Source: Cladosporium halotolerans (Eukaryota). From it: 30,528 nucleotides of DNA. Below are positions 1-12,185 of the stretch, in pieces (within the stretch, counting starts at the first letter, position 1; each line of letters begins with the position of its first letter). Both the position numbers and the translations under genes were made by a program. A model generated the notes under the pieces. That model was not told where the DNA came from. It saw only the letters and a program-made list of their open reading frames with translations, and searched no databases. The stretch spans positions 248,001 to 278,528 of the forward strand of contig NW_027191483.1 of NCBI RefSeq assembly GCF_011745625.1, read 5' to 3'.

Positions 1-1732
1 GACTGCTCGCGGCCTCATTGATGACGATCCGCCGCGGTCGCCGTATTGGCCATCGAAGGGTGCTTGCTCTGCATGCTCAGAAAATGGTGGCATTGGGCTG
101 CGGGCCCGAGGAACTTCCTGAGACAGCGGGTGCGGTCTTGCTGGAGGAGCTCCGTAGATATCAGCCATGCTGTGTCTGTTGGGCAACGCCCTGGAAACTG
201 GTGATCGCATGGCTGGCGAGGACATGTTGCTGTGCATCATCATGCCGGGAGGGCTGTCGTAGCTTCGCATTTGCGGTGGCGAGGGTGTGAATTCGTCAAC
301 CGATCGTCCACGGGCTGAATGTCCGTATGGAGGCGTGTGCTGTGGTGAAGAATATCCCCTCTCAATGCTCTGCAGGGGAGAGTGATTCGAAATGTACTGC
401 TGCCGTGCAGATGGTGGAGTTGACATGAACCTTGAACCAGATTGTGATGGTGACTGCGGAACCACAGGTGCACTGTGGCTATGCATTGGTGGAGGCGGCG
501 GTCCTTGATCGTCCTCTTCCTCTTCATGAAATGAGCCATCGCGGGGATCGTCGTACGGGTTCTCCCACCCGGGAGGCACGTCGTTCCTGCGCTGCCTCAT
601 GCGTTGATGCTGGAAATTGAGGTCAGGTAGAGGCTCAGGGCCGTCCATGTGTATGTTGTAGTCTCCGAAATTAGAATCGACCGTAGGCACGATGGGTGCC
701 GAGCTAGCATGAGGCAGCATTCCCTGGCTCTGACCTCTTTGGTGCATTCCTGGTGAAGGGCCCTGGGGACCACCCTGCCTCCGAGGCGTGGGAGGCAGTT
801 GTGGAAGGAAGTCCGGTTGCGCGTATTGCATGTCATCTTGCTGCTCGTCGAACTGGCCGTAAGCGTCTGGTTGGTGCCCATTCGGCGGAGGAGTGTGGAA
901 CTGTGGTGCAGGGGCAGGCGAACCGCCAAACCCAGGCTGCTGAGCCAACATCTCAGGCGGCAGCGAGTTCGCTCTGGGAGGTGTAGTGATATCCCTGGGC
1001 CCATGCTTCAGTCTCGCGGCAGGCATTGGAAAAGCCTCGATCGACTCCGCTGTAGCAACACTCGGAGCCGACTGGTGTCCAACCCCAGGCCCAGCTCCTC
1101 CAAGTCCAGGCAGCGGCCTCCTCTTCACCTTCTGTCTGAGCGCCACAGATCCATCCTCCGTGGCAGCATTGCTCTCCCGCCTCTGACGCTCGGGCTTGGG
1201 CCTCGAATCGTAGTATGTGAACTCCAGCCTGATCTCTCCCGCGTATTTACCCTTGCACGTCAAGCCTTGCCAGATGTCCTGCTTGCCGCCTCCGGGCACG
1301 ATGACATTGCTGAGGTCAAGGAAAGTCTCTCCGATCAGATCCGTCTTCTTGTCCTCGCTGAAGACAGAGATCTTGAGGTTGTAGTAGTCCGGCGAGTCGT
1401 GGACGTTGAAGCGGATCTCCGTGTCCCTGTTAGGCAGCAAGCACAAGGTCAGCAAGGATCCCTCTCGAGCCAATGGCTGAGCAATTTCCCCAAACATTGA
1501 GAACATACCACTTCGGCGTCTGCCCACCCCTCTTGTCAACCGGCGTCTTCTTCGCCTCCTTGCCCAAGCGCGCGGCGCAGTACGGGTTCTGCTTGCCCAT
1601 CGTCTTCCTGTTGGGCAGGTTCTTGGCCCGGTCGCAGACCATGACCAGGGTGCCGATCTCCGGCCCGTCGACACTCATGTCGGCGTAGATGCCCGCGGCG
1701 TACGGGACCTGCTGCTGTTTGGTGGTGGCCAT
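1..1732 (-). CDS. C2-domain cytokinesis/ingression protein (Inn1/Fic1-like), 3' end runs off the window
   Basis: ATG at 1732; exon 1 1732-1509, intron 1508-1427 (GTATGT...AACAG), exon 2 from 1426 toward position 1. Spliced N-terminus MATTKQQQ...IGTLVMVCDRAKNLPNRKTMGKQNPYCAARLGKEAKKTPVDKRGGQTPKW|DTEIRFNVHDSPDYYNLKISVFSEDKKTDLIGETFLDL is a fungal Inn1-type C2 domain, followed by a long low-complexity Pro/Gln/Ser tail. The tail frame was spot-checked at both ends, not codon by codon. Confidence 0.85.
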
Positions 1733-3257
1733 CGGAGCGCAGGGCGGGCGGCCAGCGGGCTGCCTAAGTGCACACACTGCAGCTGCACGCTCTCCGCTAG
1801 AGGGAGGGCGGGAGGGAGGGGTGAGACAGCAACGGCGTGTTGTGGAGAGGGCTGTTGTCTCGAAGGCGTTGGAGGTGTGCGAGCCGCCGGTTGGGTTCCA
1901 GGTGCCAGGCGGCAGGCGTTGGCGGTGGGAGTACACGGTTACCTGCTGGAGTCCAGCTGGGCTAAGGTACTGCTTGCGGCGCGATGGGCGGTGTTTTGAT
2001 TGACGATGGCGTAACTAGCTTGCTTCCAAGTTGGTCCGGGCAGCCGCGCGTTGGAAACCCGGAAGCCTAACAACACGCGCTCTGCTCTCTCTCGTGTCCG
2101 ATCGATTCGGGCAGCGCCTTTTCCCCGTAGCCGAGCAAGCGCCTTCGAGCAAAATACTATACAGTACAACAGAGCTACGCGAGGTGGCCGGGACGCCGTC
2201 GGCAGTGCCCGCACGGGCAGCGAAACAAGCGTGGCTGAAGTGTCGCAGGGCCCGGCAGCTGTGGGTGGCTGGGTTTAATCAATACGGCGCGATCGCCCGC
2301 CCGCCCGCCTGCGCGCACAACGTCCCCCGCGTGCGACGGGCCTGAAGAGGTGCGGATTGTCGCTTCAGAGGGAGAATAGGCTCGCAATGGCGAGATTGGC
2401 TGGTTGCTCTGATGTGTTTCTCATGCACCGCCATGTCACAACAAACAATCGATTGTACGGTAGCGTCCCGTAACCCAATGCCACGCGAGGTGATAGTAAG
2501 ATACTAGTAGGTAGGCACAGTAAGCTCGCCTAAACGCGCCCGCGACGCGCGAACCAGGATGCCCCCAATCCCTCACAGCCCAGCGACAGCCACCGGTGAT
2601 ATCATCGCAACAGGCCCGCAGCAATCACGCACCTGAAGGTTGGTCCATCACACGCCCGCGAGCAGCAGAGCAATCCGTGTGCTACGTCTGAGCGGTACCC
2701 TAAGACCTTTGTGACCGACGTTCTACCATCCACGTTATTATTCTGCGGTGCTGTGCGGTGCTGTGCTGTGCTTACCAGCATGCCCACCCTGTGTTTGTTT
2801 GCCCAGCGAGGGCATGAACCCTGACAACAGACGTCAAGGGGCGGAGGAGACTTCGCCAACGGGTGTATAACGGGACCCGGGCATTTGGCGGATCGGGCTG
2901 AGCAGGTAGGGCGTCGATCATAAGGATCGAGATTTTCTCTGTTGATAATCGATTGTTGCATTGGGCAGTGATATTGATCGACTCCCAGCCACGGAATGAA
3001 ATGTGTGCTTAGGCATTGTTAGAAAATTCCATTTCGAAGAAAGGATCAATCTGGTCAGTCAAGTTGGTAGATAATAGCGAACAACAAATACATCCCTCGT
3101 CTCAAAAAGAACCGAGACCCCAGATCCCGATCGGCAGTGTCGATCGCCCGCTATCTGAGACAGACGAAAGCCACATAGAAAATAATAATTAACACGTCAA
3201 CACCTCCAGCACACCTCACCTAATCTCATCACTCCCAATCCCAAATCTCCCCTCCCC

Positions 3258-4850
3258 TCACCTCCTCCCCAAAACCCTCAACACAGCCGCAAAAACAGCC
3301 ACGACCGCCGCCCACCTCACGCCCGCCCCCATCCCCCCCTTGGCCCCCAACCCCAACACCCACCAAACCGCACCCCCTCTCAGACTCCTCCCCTCGCGAT
3401 CGAACCCCGGCTTCTTCTCGCTCATGCCCCTGAACTTCCTCAGCTTCGCCTCGCTGTACGGCGGATACCGCACGGCCAGCAAGCCCTCGACCCAGCCGGG
3501 CGTCGTGGTGACGCTGCGGCGGTGCGAGAAGCACTCGAAGCTCGCGCGGCCGCGGTAGGCGCCGTGGCCGCTGTCGCCGACGCCGCCGAAGGCGAGCGTC
3601 GGGATCGACGCGTGGAAGAAGCCGTCGTTGACGGAGGCGCCGCCGGAGCGCGTCTGCGAGAGGATCAGGTCGGTCTCCGCGCGCGAGCCGAAGGGGTAGA
3701 TGCCCAGGGGCGTGGGGTGGATTGCGTTGGCGGTGGCGATGGCGGCGGGGAGCGAGGTGTAGGGGAGGATGGGGATGAGGGGGCCGAAGGACTCGTTTGT
3801 GAGGAGGGGGTCGGTGGGGGAGGAGACGCGGATGACGGTGGGTTCGATGAAGAGGGTTGACTGGTTGGTTTTGCCGCCGAGGAGGATCTCGCCGGTTGTG
3901 GAGGCGAGGAGGGACTGGAGGCGGAGGAATTGGCGCTCGTTGATGATGTGGGAGTAGTCAGGGTTGTCTTCGGCGCCGGAGGGGTGGAATTCTTGTAGGG
4001 CGAGTTTGAGGTGGTGCAGGAAGGCGGGGAGGATCTCTTCGTCGATTAGGATGTAGTTTTGGCTGACGCAGACTTGGCCGGCGTTCATGAGCTTGGCCCA
4101 GAGGAGGCGGCGGGCGGCGAGGCGCGGGTCGGCGTTCTTGGTGATGAAGGCTGGGTTGCGGCCGCCGAGCTCGAGGGTGACGGGCGTGAGGGTCTCGGCT
4201 GCTTTCTTCGCGATGATGGTGCCCACGTTCGCGCTGCCGGTGTAGAATATCTTGTCCCACTTCTGCTCCATCAGCGCTGTCGTCTCCGGAATGCCGCCCT
4301 GCACGACCTGGTACGCATCTGGGTCGAGCGAGTTCTGAATGATGTGCTGCATGATCCTCGCCGCGTTTGGTGCATTCTCACTTGGCTTCAGGACAGCCGT
4401 GCATCCCGCAGCGATAGCTCCAATGAGCGGGCCCAAGGACAGCTGCAGAGGGAAGTTGAAGGCGCCAATGATCAAGACGGCACCCAGTGGGTCCTTCCTG
4501 ATGCGCGGCCTCAACGCCATGTTCTGCAAGTCGATGTCCTCGGGCTTCTCGTCTTTCATGAAGCGCTCCAAGTTCTTTTCCATGAAGAGTACGTCGTTCA
4601 GCACCCAGCCGACCTCCGCCAGGTAGGCCTCGTAGGCGCTCTTGCCCAGGTCCAGCTTGAGCGCCTCGAGGAGCGCGGGCTCTTCATCCTTCAGGCCCCA
4701 GTATAGAGCGCGGAGCTGTTTCTGGCGGTACTCGATCGGGCGCGTCGCGTGGGAGTGGAACTTGTTCGCGACGCGGGCGTGGATGGCGGGGATGGAGTCG
4801 ACGGGGGTGTTGGTGAAAGCGGGCAGGTCTTCCATCTTGAGGTAGATCAT
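3258..4850 (-). CDS. Class 3-type (fatty/apocarotenoid) aldehyde dehydrogenase, Hfd1/CarD/YLO-1-like, with C-terminal hydrophobic anchor
   Basis: Intronless 530-aa ORF. ALDH motifs GAFNFP, FYTGSANVG, LELGG (catalytic Glu), NAGQVC (catalytic Cys), ESFGP and FGGVGDSGHGAYRG. Hydrophobic C-terminus WAAVVAVFAAVLRVL. Alternative start ATG at 4835 (MEDLP). Confidence 0.92.
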   Translation of the reverse strand: MIYLKMEDLPAFTNTPVDSIPAIHARVANKFHSHATRPIEYRQKQLRALYWGLKDEEPALLEALKLDLGKSAYEAYLAEVGWVLNDVLFMEKNLERFMKDEKPEDIDLQNMALRPRIRKDPLGAVLIIGAFNFPLQLSLGPLIGAIAAGCTAVLKPSENAPNAARIMQHIIQNSLDPDAYQVVQGGIPETTALMEQKWDKIFYTGSANVGTIIAKKAAETLTPVTLELGGRNPAFITKNADPRLAARRLLWAKLMNAGQVCVSQNYILIDEEILPAFLHHLKLALQEFHPSGAEDNPDYSHIINERQFLRLQSLLASTTGEILLGGKTNQSTLFIEPTVIRVSSPTDPLLTNESFGPLIPILPYTSLPAAIATANAIHPTPLGIYPFGSRAETDLILSQTRSGGASVNDGFFHASIPTLAFGGVGDSGHGAYRGRASFECFSHRRSVTTTPGWVEGLLAVRYPPYSEAKLRKFRGMSEKKPGFDREGRSLRGGAVWWVLGLGAKGGMGAGVRWAAVVAVFAAVLRVLGRR

Positions 4851-6057
4851 CTTGGCCTGCTGATTCGGCTGGAGCCTGAGATGTTTGGTGCAGAGTGGAG
4901 TGTCAATGGGAGAATTTCCACACGCGACCGGATGGCAAGAAGGCGCAGACGGGCCTCGAAGCTGACGTGACCCTGAGCTTTCCCCAAGATGCCGAGGTTT
5001 GTGTGCGACGTGGGATGGCGCGATGGCGAACGCGAGGGGACGGCGGCGCGTGTCTGCCCGTACCTTACCTACCTAAGGCAGCCTTGCTCGGCGATATCTT
5101 CAATAATCGATTGTTGTGCAAGCGATGTGGTATATTCTGGTCAGCGGCCGAGCGATCGATCTACACGCGGCAGCTACTGTAGACCCTCCCGTCTGGTGAC
5201 AGGCGCTACGGAACAGAGAGTTCGCGAAGGACAAAAACAGAAACATGTGAAAGCGGCCCAAACCTTGTTGCCGACTCCACCAGCCGCGAGGCGGAGCAAG
5301 CGCTGGAGTGACAAGCCGCGCCGATGGCTGGTGCCCTTGGTCTTCAGAGTACAGTTTGGAGCGTGCAGTAGTGTTGCGCAGGGGATGGTGGACACACACT
5401 TTTGCCGGCGACATGGGTCGATGGACGGATGGTCAGAGTGAGGCAGCAGACCGGTATGGCAGGCGTCGTCCTCCCTCGCTCATCGCCGGGCGCATGCTTG
5501 CACTCTCTGGCCGCGCGACGGCGAGTCCGAGCAGCCGCCAGCCCAATGAGGGTGAGGGGTCTCTGAGAGCTGCCCGCGATGCTGACGGCACCACAGCTCA
5601 TGTCTCATGCCCTCGAGCCTAACTCTGTCATCCTCTCCGCCATATGTAATCCGCTCCTCTCAGCCGCACACGGACAGACTGTTTCGCTGCCGACTGCTGA
5701 TATTTCTCGCTCGCTCGCTCCCATCTGCACTCCCATTGTGCATCCCACCCTCGTGCCTGACCCTCCCTAGCCGCCCACTCCTCAGCACAGCCCTACGCCA
5801 AAGCCAAAGCGGGGCCAGGGAAGCCAGGATAGCTCGCAAGTGGGTTGCTTCGCTTCAACTTCACCGGCCTCAAACCCCCCAACTCGCCCGCTTCCTAAAT
5901 CACCTCGAACGCACCTTCTCTCCCGTCTCCAACCCTCCCTGAGCGGCGGGCGACTGCATCTCTCTCCTGCACCCTCATTCCGCCGCCGCGGTCCTGCATC
6001 TCCCGCATCCTCCACCCCGAAAGCCACAATCCTACGCGCCTGACCCTTGCACCGACC

Positions 6058-7449
<1,392 letters not shown>

Positions 7450-7954
7450 TTGCGCTCTGCCGTGTGAGGGGCAGCGGGACTGCGCCTTGCGGATGATAGT
7501 TTCGATGGGATGCGAGAGCGAGGGATTTTTGAAAAAATAACTTGGGAGCTTCGTCCTTCGCTTGGACGTTCGTCTCCGATGTCTCGTCGAGTCGAGTCTC
7601 TCTGGTGTGGCTTTAGAGCTTTTTTTCCCAATCGCGAATGAAATGATTGACGGCTTGTTGAAAATCGTGATGGACGCTTGTGTGATCGTGAGTTCGACCA
7701 GAGAATTATCGGTTCTGAAACACGAATGTTGCAATGGTCTCTAAGCCGTTGCTGGGAACGTGTTCAAGGGCTTGACGTGTCTAGGCTTGCTTTTCTCGTG
7801 TACCTTCCACATGAGCGGAGGATTTAGCAGCAAATATGCCAAATATTACACTCCCATTATTCTGTAATGAGAAGAAGTTGCTTGGAGACTAGAACCACAC
7901 AGAACCACCCCATATCACCGCATCAGAGGTCGTCAAGGCCGGACCTCCGATGGC

Positions 7955-7976
7955 TTAGGGTTAGGGTAGGGGTTAG
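7955..7976 (+). repeat. Short interstitial telomere-like repeat TTAGGG TTAGGG TAGGGG TTAG
   Basis: Two perfect TTAGGG units plus two degenerate/partial ones, about 170 bp upstream of the ATG at 8147. Confidence 0.7.
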
Positions 7977-8146
7977 CTCTCGCAGCCAGATCCCCGGATT
8001 TGAGCCTCGGAGTTAAGCTCCAAGCAAGGTGGAAGCTGCATGCGATACCGAAGCTCAACTCTAGGTACCTACAGATCAACTCCCCCCTCCAAACAAGCCA
8101 AACCAGTCCACCCACCACGCCCGAACTTGGGCCCAGAAAACCCACA

Positions 8147-9232
8147 ATGGAACACGCCTATCACCGCCAAGCACCTCCACAACCACCAACAACCAAACCA
8201 ACCCGCTCCCAAACCGCCCCCGAAGAACAAACCACCTCCCAACCAACCCGCTCCTCCCACGCCCGCAACCTCTCCCACAAACTCCACGCCCACACCATCC
8301 GCTCCCACGCCCACGCCCACTCGAAAGACAAAGACGCCCACAAACCCTCCTCCAACCACAAACCCCACCGCTCCGTCCGCCACGCAGCCAAAGACACCGT
8401 GCAATCCGCCATCGACATCAAACCGCCCGCCAGCTTCGACGCGCTCCTCCGCCGAAACGAGAAAGACAAGCGGCCCAGCCCGGGCTCCAGCCGGCGCGCG
8501 AGCGCGAACCCCCAGCTGCAGCAGGACTGGGATTTCGCGGCGCAGCAGGCGGAGGCCGAGCGGCGGGCCGTGAAGCCCGCGGACGTGGAGCGGCTGCGGG
8601 GCGAGAACGAGCGGCGGGAGAGGGAGTTGAGAGCTGCGCTGGGGAGGGTGGAGGCGCTGGGGATGCGGAGCACGCGGATGTTAGATGATGCGTACTATGC
8701 GATTTTGGAGCGGGCGGAGGGGATGCGGAACACGCTTGCGGAGATGCAGAGGCTTGTTGCTGAGGTTGGGCGGGCGCGGGAGGGGTTCGATTCGGGTGTG
8801 CAGGGGTTGGAGGGGGAGGTGGGGGAGAGGCTGAGGGGGTTTGGGGAGTTCGGGGAGCAGGAGGGGCTGATTGAGGGGTTTGTGGGGAGGTTGGCGGGGG
8901 CGAAGGAGAGGACTGAGGGGTTGAATGGGCGGTTGGAGGGGGCGAGGAGGCGGGTGGAGGAGTATGAGAGGCGGTATAGGGAGGGGCAGGCGAAGAGGCG
9001 GAAGCAGTGGAGGATTACGTGGGGGATGTTGGGGGCGGTGCTCGTGTTGGTTGTTGCGCTGTTGGTGGCGAGGAATCATAGGCATATCGGGTATCGGCTG
9101 AATGGGTATGGGAGGATGGTGGTGATGGTCGGGGATGTGGTGGAGGAGGCGGTGAGTCCGGTTACGGAAAGGTTGAAACCGAGCCCGAGCGAGGATCCGG
9201 TGCTTAGAGAGATGTTTGAAGGGGTGTTGTGA
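8147..9232 (+). CDS. Hypothetical protein: disordered His/Pro-rich N-terminus, long coiled coil, single C-proximal TM helix (361 aa)
   Basis: First ATG of the 8000-9232 frame is 8147 (ACAATGG context). Heptad-like E/R/L-rich region followed by KRRKQWR and hydrophobic ITWGMLGAVLVLVVALLVA. Confidence 0.75.
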   Translation: MEHAYHRQAPPQPPTTKPTRSQTAPEEQTTSQPTRSSHARNLSHKLHAHTIRSHAHAHSKDKDAHKPSSNHKPHRSVRHAAKDTVQSAIDIKPPASFDALLRRNEKDKRPSPGSSRRASANPQLQQDWDFAAQQAEAERRAVKPADVERLRGENERRERELRAALGRVEALGMRSTRMLDDAYYAILERAEGMRNTLAEMQRLVAEVGRAREGFDSGVQGLEGEVGERLRGFGEFGEQEGLIEGFVGRLAGAKERTEGLNGRLEGARRRVEEYERRYREGQAKRRKQWRITWGMLGAVLVLVVALLVARNHRHIGYRLNGYGRMVVMVGDVVEEAVSPVTERLKPSPSEDPVLREMFEGVL

Positions 9233-9473
9233 GAGCTTTGCGAGGCATTCGACGATCAGGGTACGCCAGGGAATTGGCCGTGGTCGAGCGGAACTTTCTA
9301 GAGCCGCTGGTTTCAGATCTGCATTTTGACGGATCAGCTTGCACAAAAGCTGCGTACAGCATGGAGTGTATATTATCGGCGGCGGCTCATATGGTAGGTG
9401 ATCGCAGCACTCGTGACGACAGCGCGAAATTACAGGGTCATATTAGTACGAAGCATCGAGCACATATGAAATA

Positions 9474-9545
9474 GGCCGGCTGGCCCAATGGCAAGGCGCT
9501 TGACTACGAATCAAGAGATTGCAGGTTCGATCCCTGCGTCGGTCA
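9474..9545 (+). tRNA. tRNA-Arg (anticodon ACG), intronless
   Basis: Acceptor stem GGCCGGC/GTCGGTC plus discriminator A; A-box TGGCCCAATGG; anticodon arm CTTGA-CT ACG AA-TCAAG; T arm GCAGG-TTCGATC-CCTGC. Confidence 0.97.
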
Positions 9546-9914
9546 ACAAGATCACAGTGCTCATTCGGGCACATAATATCTTGCATTTTGTTTTGGACTC
9601 CATGCTTGTTGAATACTTCTTTGATCGTTACCATTCAAGCATTTTTGTCCGTGGTGAACATGAATGTCGATTCCGCGAAATGTCGGCGTGCGCGTCCGGA
9701 AAGTTTTCAACACTCGTTCATTACTCCGATCAACTCTACTGTATCTTCCATGGCCGCGTAACAACTATGCAGCATGAAAGGGGCCCTCTTTAATTTAATT
9801 GTGTCTTGATTTATGGCTCTGCCGGCATCGGCGTTCTATCTTATCATACAATACAGCCACCCGCAAGCACTCGCGGAGGTTCGTCTACACGTCAACGAGC
9901 ATCAACTCGCGAGA

Positions 9915-11749
9915 TCACTTCCTCCTATCGTCCGCGTCCTCCTCGTCTTCCCAGCCTCTCATGAGCCCTTGGTTAGCAGTAGACTCATCGCCATGATCAA
10001 AGTCATCCATCGCAACATCCTGGTAAGCGTATGCGTCGCCCTTCTCAGACAACGCCACGGCATCAGCACGACCCTTCTGCACATCGACCAAATACAGCAG
10101 AGGAACCGGCAAAGCAATCAGCACAGCAAGGAATAAGAAAGCAGGTCTGATCGTGCCGACCGAATCGATGATCGCTCCAACGATCGCCGGTCCAACCGCA
10201 GAGCTACCCTTGTCCGTGATCGCGTATAGAGCGTAGAATGCCGCTTCACTTCCTGGCGGGATGATCTCGCCGTAGAAGGCGCGGCAGTACGAAGAAAGTC
10301 CACCCATGACGAATCCATGGACGAAGCCGAGGGGGTAGATCTCCCATGCCTGTTGCAGGCCGCCGACGCCCCAGCTTTGGACGAATGGTAGGAAGCCTAG
10401 CAGCCCATACAGCGGGATGATCTCCATGAACAGGACGCATGCGATGATGGCGCTTTTGGTTTGGAAGCCGTAGCGCTTCGAGATGCGCGGCCAGGCGAAA
10501 GCGCCTGCGATCCCTGAGGCGGTGGCTGTGATCGATAGCATTGCAATGGCGATGGTGCCCATGTGTAGTTCTGTACGAGCGAAGAGGATTGCTGTCCCGG
10601 AGACGGTCGCGATCGCGTCTGAGAGCAGAAACCAAGCGATGAGAAAGATGCCTGTCTGGCGGAGGCGGGCGGCGGTCTTGACGGTCTTCCAGACAGATGT
10701 CCAGGCGAAGATGAGATACTGCAATGCTACAGGTAGCCGCGTTCCTCGCATCTTGGTCGTTTGTAGTGATGGTCCGGGTCTGTCACGTAGCCATAGAGCA
10801 CCAGGAATGGTGAGAGTAGCCCAGAACGTACCCACAACGAACAGCACGCAGCGTAGGGGCGTAGATTCGGAGGCAAAGTTGGCCTTCTTTAGCAACACCA
10901 GAAGAATGATGCTGACAACCTGTACGCATACTGCGGCAGCGTAGCCCAAACCAACGCCCTTTGACGAGATCTGTACGGACAGCTTCAGCTGAGCTGACTG
11001 GGCGTCCTGCCGTTGATCTTGCTGTCCGACGTCTGGATGATGAGCAGCAAGCAAGGGCAAAAAGGAGTTCAAAAGAACGAACGACGATCCAAGGGAAACG
11101 ACGCCGATAATGATGAGAGCAGAACCAAGCATGTAAACCTGAGGAACGACCAATATGAACATCATCGATGCAGTCGCTCCAGTAAATGCAAAGGCGAGCA
11201 ACAGCCGCTTTCGATGCACGCCTGTTGAAGATCGTGTTAGCTTCTCATACCTCAAAAAAGCATTTACCATCTCCGTAACTTACCATAATCTGCCACAGGG
11301 CTGAAAGTGATCAAGACCAACGCTTGTAAAAATACAGCAATCGAGAAAGTGTATAGCGCAAAACTCGCCGTGCTCGTCTCCCTTCCAAACGGTCTCACGA
11401 CGCAAGTATCGTCATCGCTAGAAGATTCCGCGGCACGGACGAGCATTCTCGCAAGTCGACTGCTGCCTTCTTTCTTCGCGGCTTGCAGACAAGGCGTGGT
11501 GCCATCGGAACGCAAGACGCCGCTTTCGCGAGCCAGCTGCTCTAGAGTGACTGGAGCAAATGAACCTATCAATAGCAGTCAGTATCGACTCAATTTATCC
11601 AGAACGCAAGAAGTCGTACCAACACCGCAAACAGCAAAGATCTCCGCCGCGAGGCCTGTCGAATACCAGCCTCGGAGCTCGCGCTCGGAGGTGGGACTTA
11701 CGTCCTCGCCTTCGTAGCGAGGCGCTCGCGCACCATCATCGTGAGACAT
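9915..11749 (-). CDS. ATG22: Autophagy-related vacuolar amino acid efflux permease Atg22 (MFS), about 572 aa
   Basis: Exons 11749-11620, 11565-11284, 11221-9915; introns 54 and 62 nt (GT..AG). N-terminal RYEGEDVSPTSERELRGWYSTGLAAEIFAVCGVG|SFAPVTLEQLARE, plus FLIAWFLLSDAIATVSGTAILFA and PPGSEAAFYALYAITDKGSS, are characteristic of Atg22. Confidence 0.93.
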
Positions 11750-12185
11750 ATACTGGCCGGCGTGTTCCAACGAAAATTTTAATCCTTGCCAATGAACAGA
11801 GTGACGGGACAGGTGCACAACAATTGTCAGCAACTTCATCGATGATGTCGGAACATGGCGGGAAGACGCCCGGGCTTGGCGTTCGGTTTGAAACTCGACC
11901 GATTCATGTGCAGACCAGACGTGAAACGGACGAACGGCACTCCTACATTTTCTATATCAAGTCTGGGACCATTAGTGAATACATGCGTTGATGATGATGA
12001 CGATTGACTTATGTGACGTTTAGTCTTGAAAACTTGATTCGCCTTTTGGCCCAAGTCGTAAAGTTCGTTATCCTATCCGTAGATTGACCTTCTATACAAT
12101 GGTGCATTCACATTCGCCAGTGATACGCACACATCTGTCGAGATGCCACTCATCCATTACCTTGATCGAACTATGCTCATGGCTC

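Noticed and set aside
5579..6043. uORFs in the MAPK leader
   Set aside because: The TSS is unknown and the peptides look like random translations of a CT-rich promoter/leader.
7450..8146. Telomerase RNA gene (minus strand contains template-like TAACCCTAA)
   Set aside because: The intergenic space is only about 700 bp, shorter than known filamentous-ascomycete TERs, and I could not identify a pseudoknot or CR4/5-like element.
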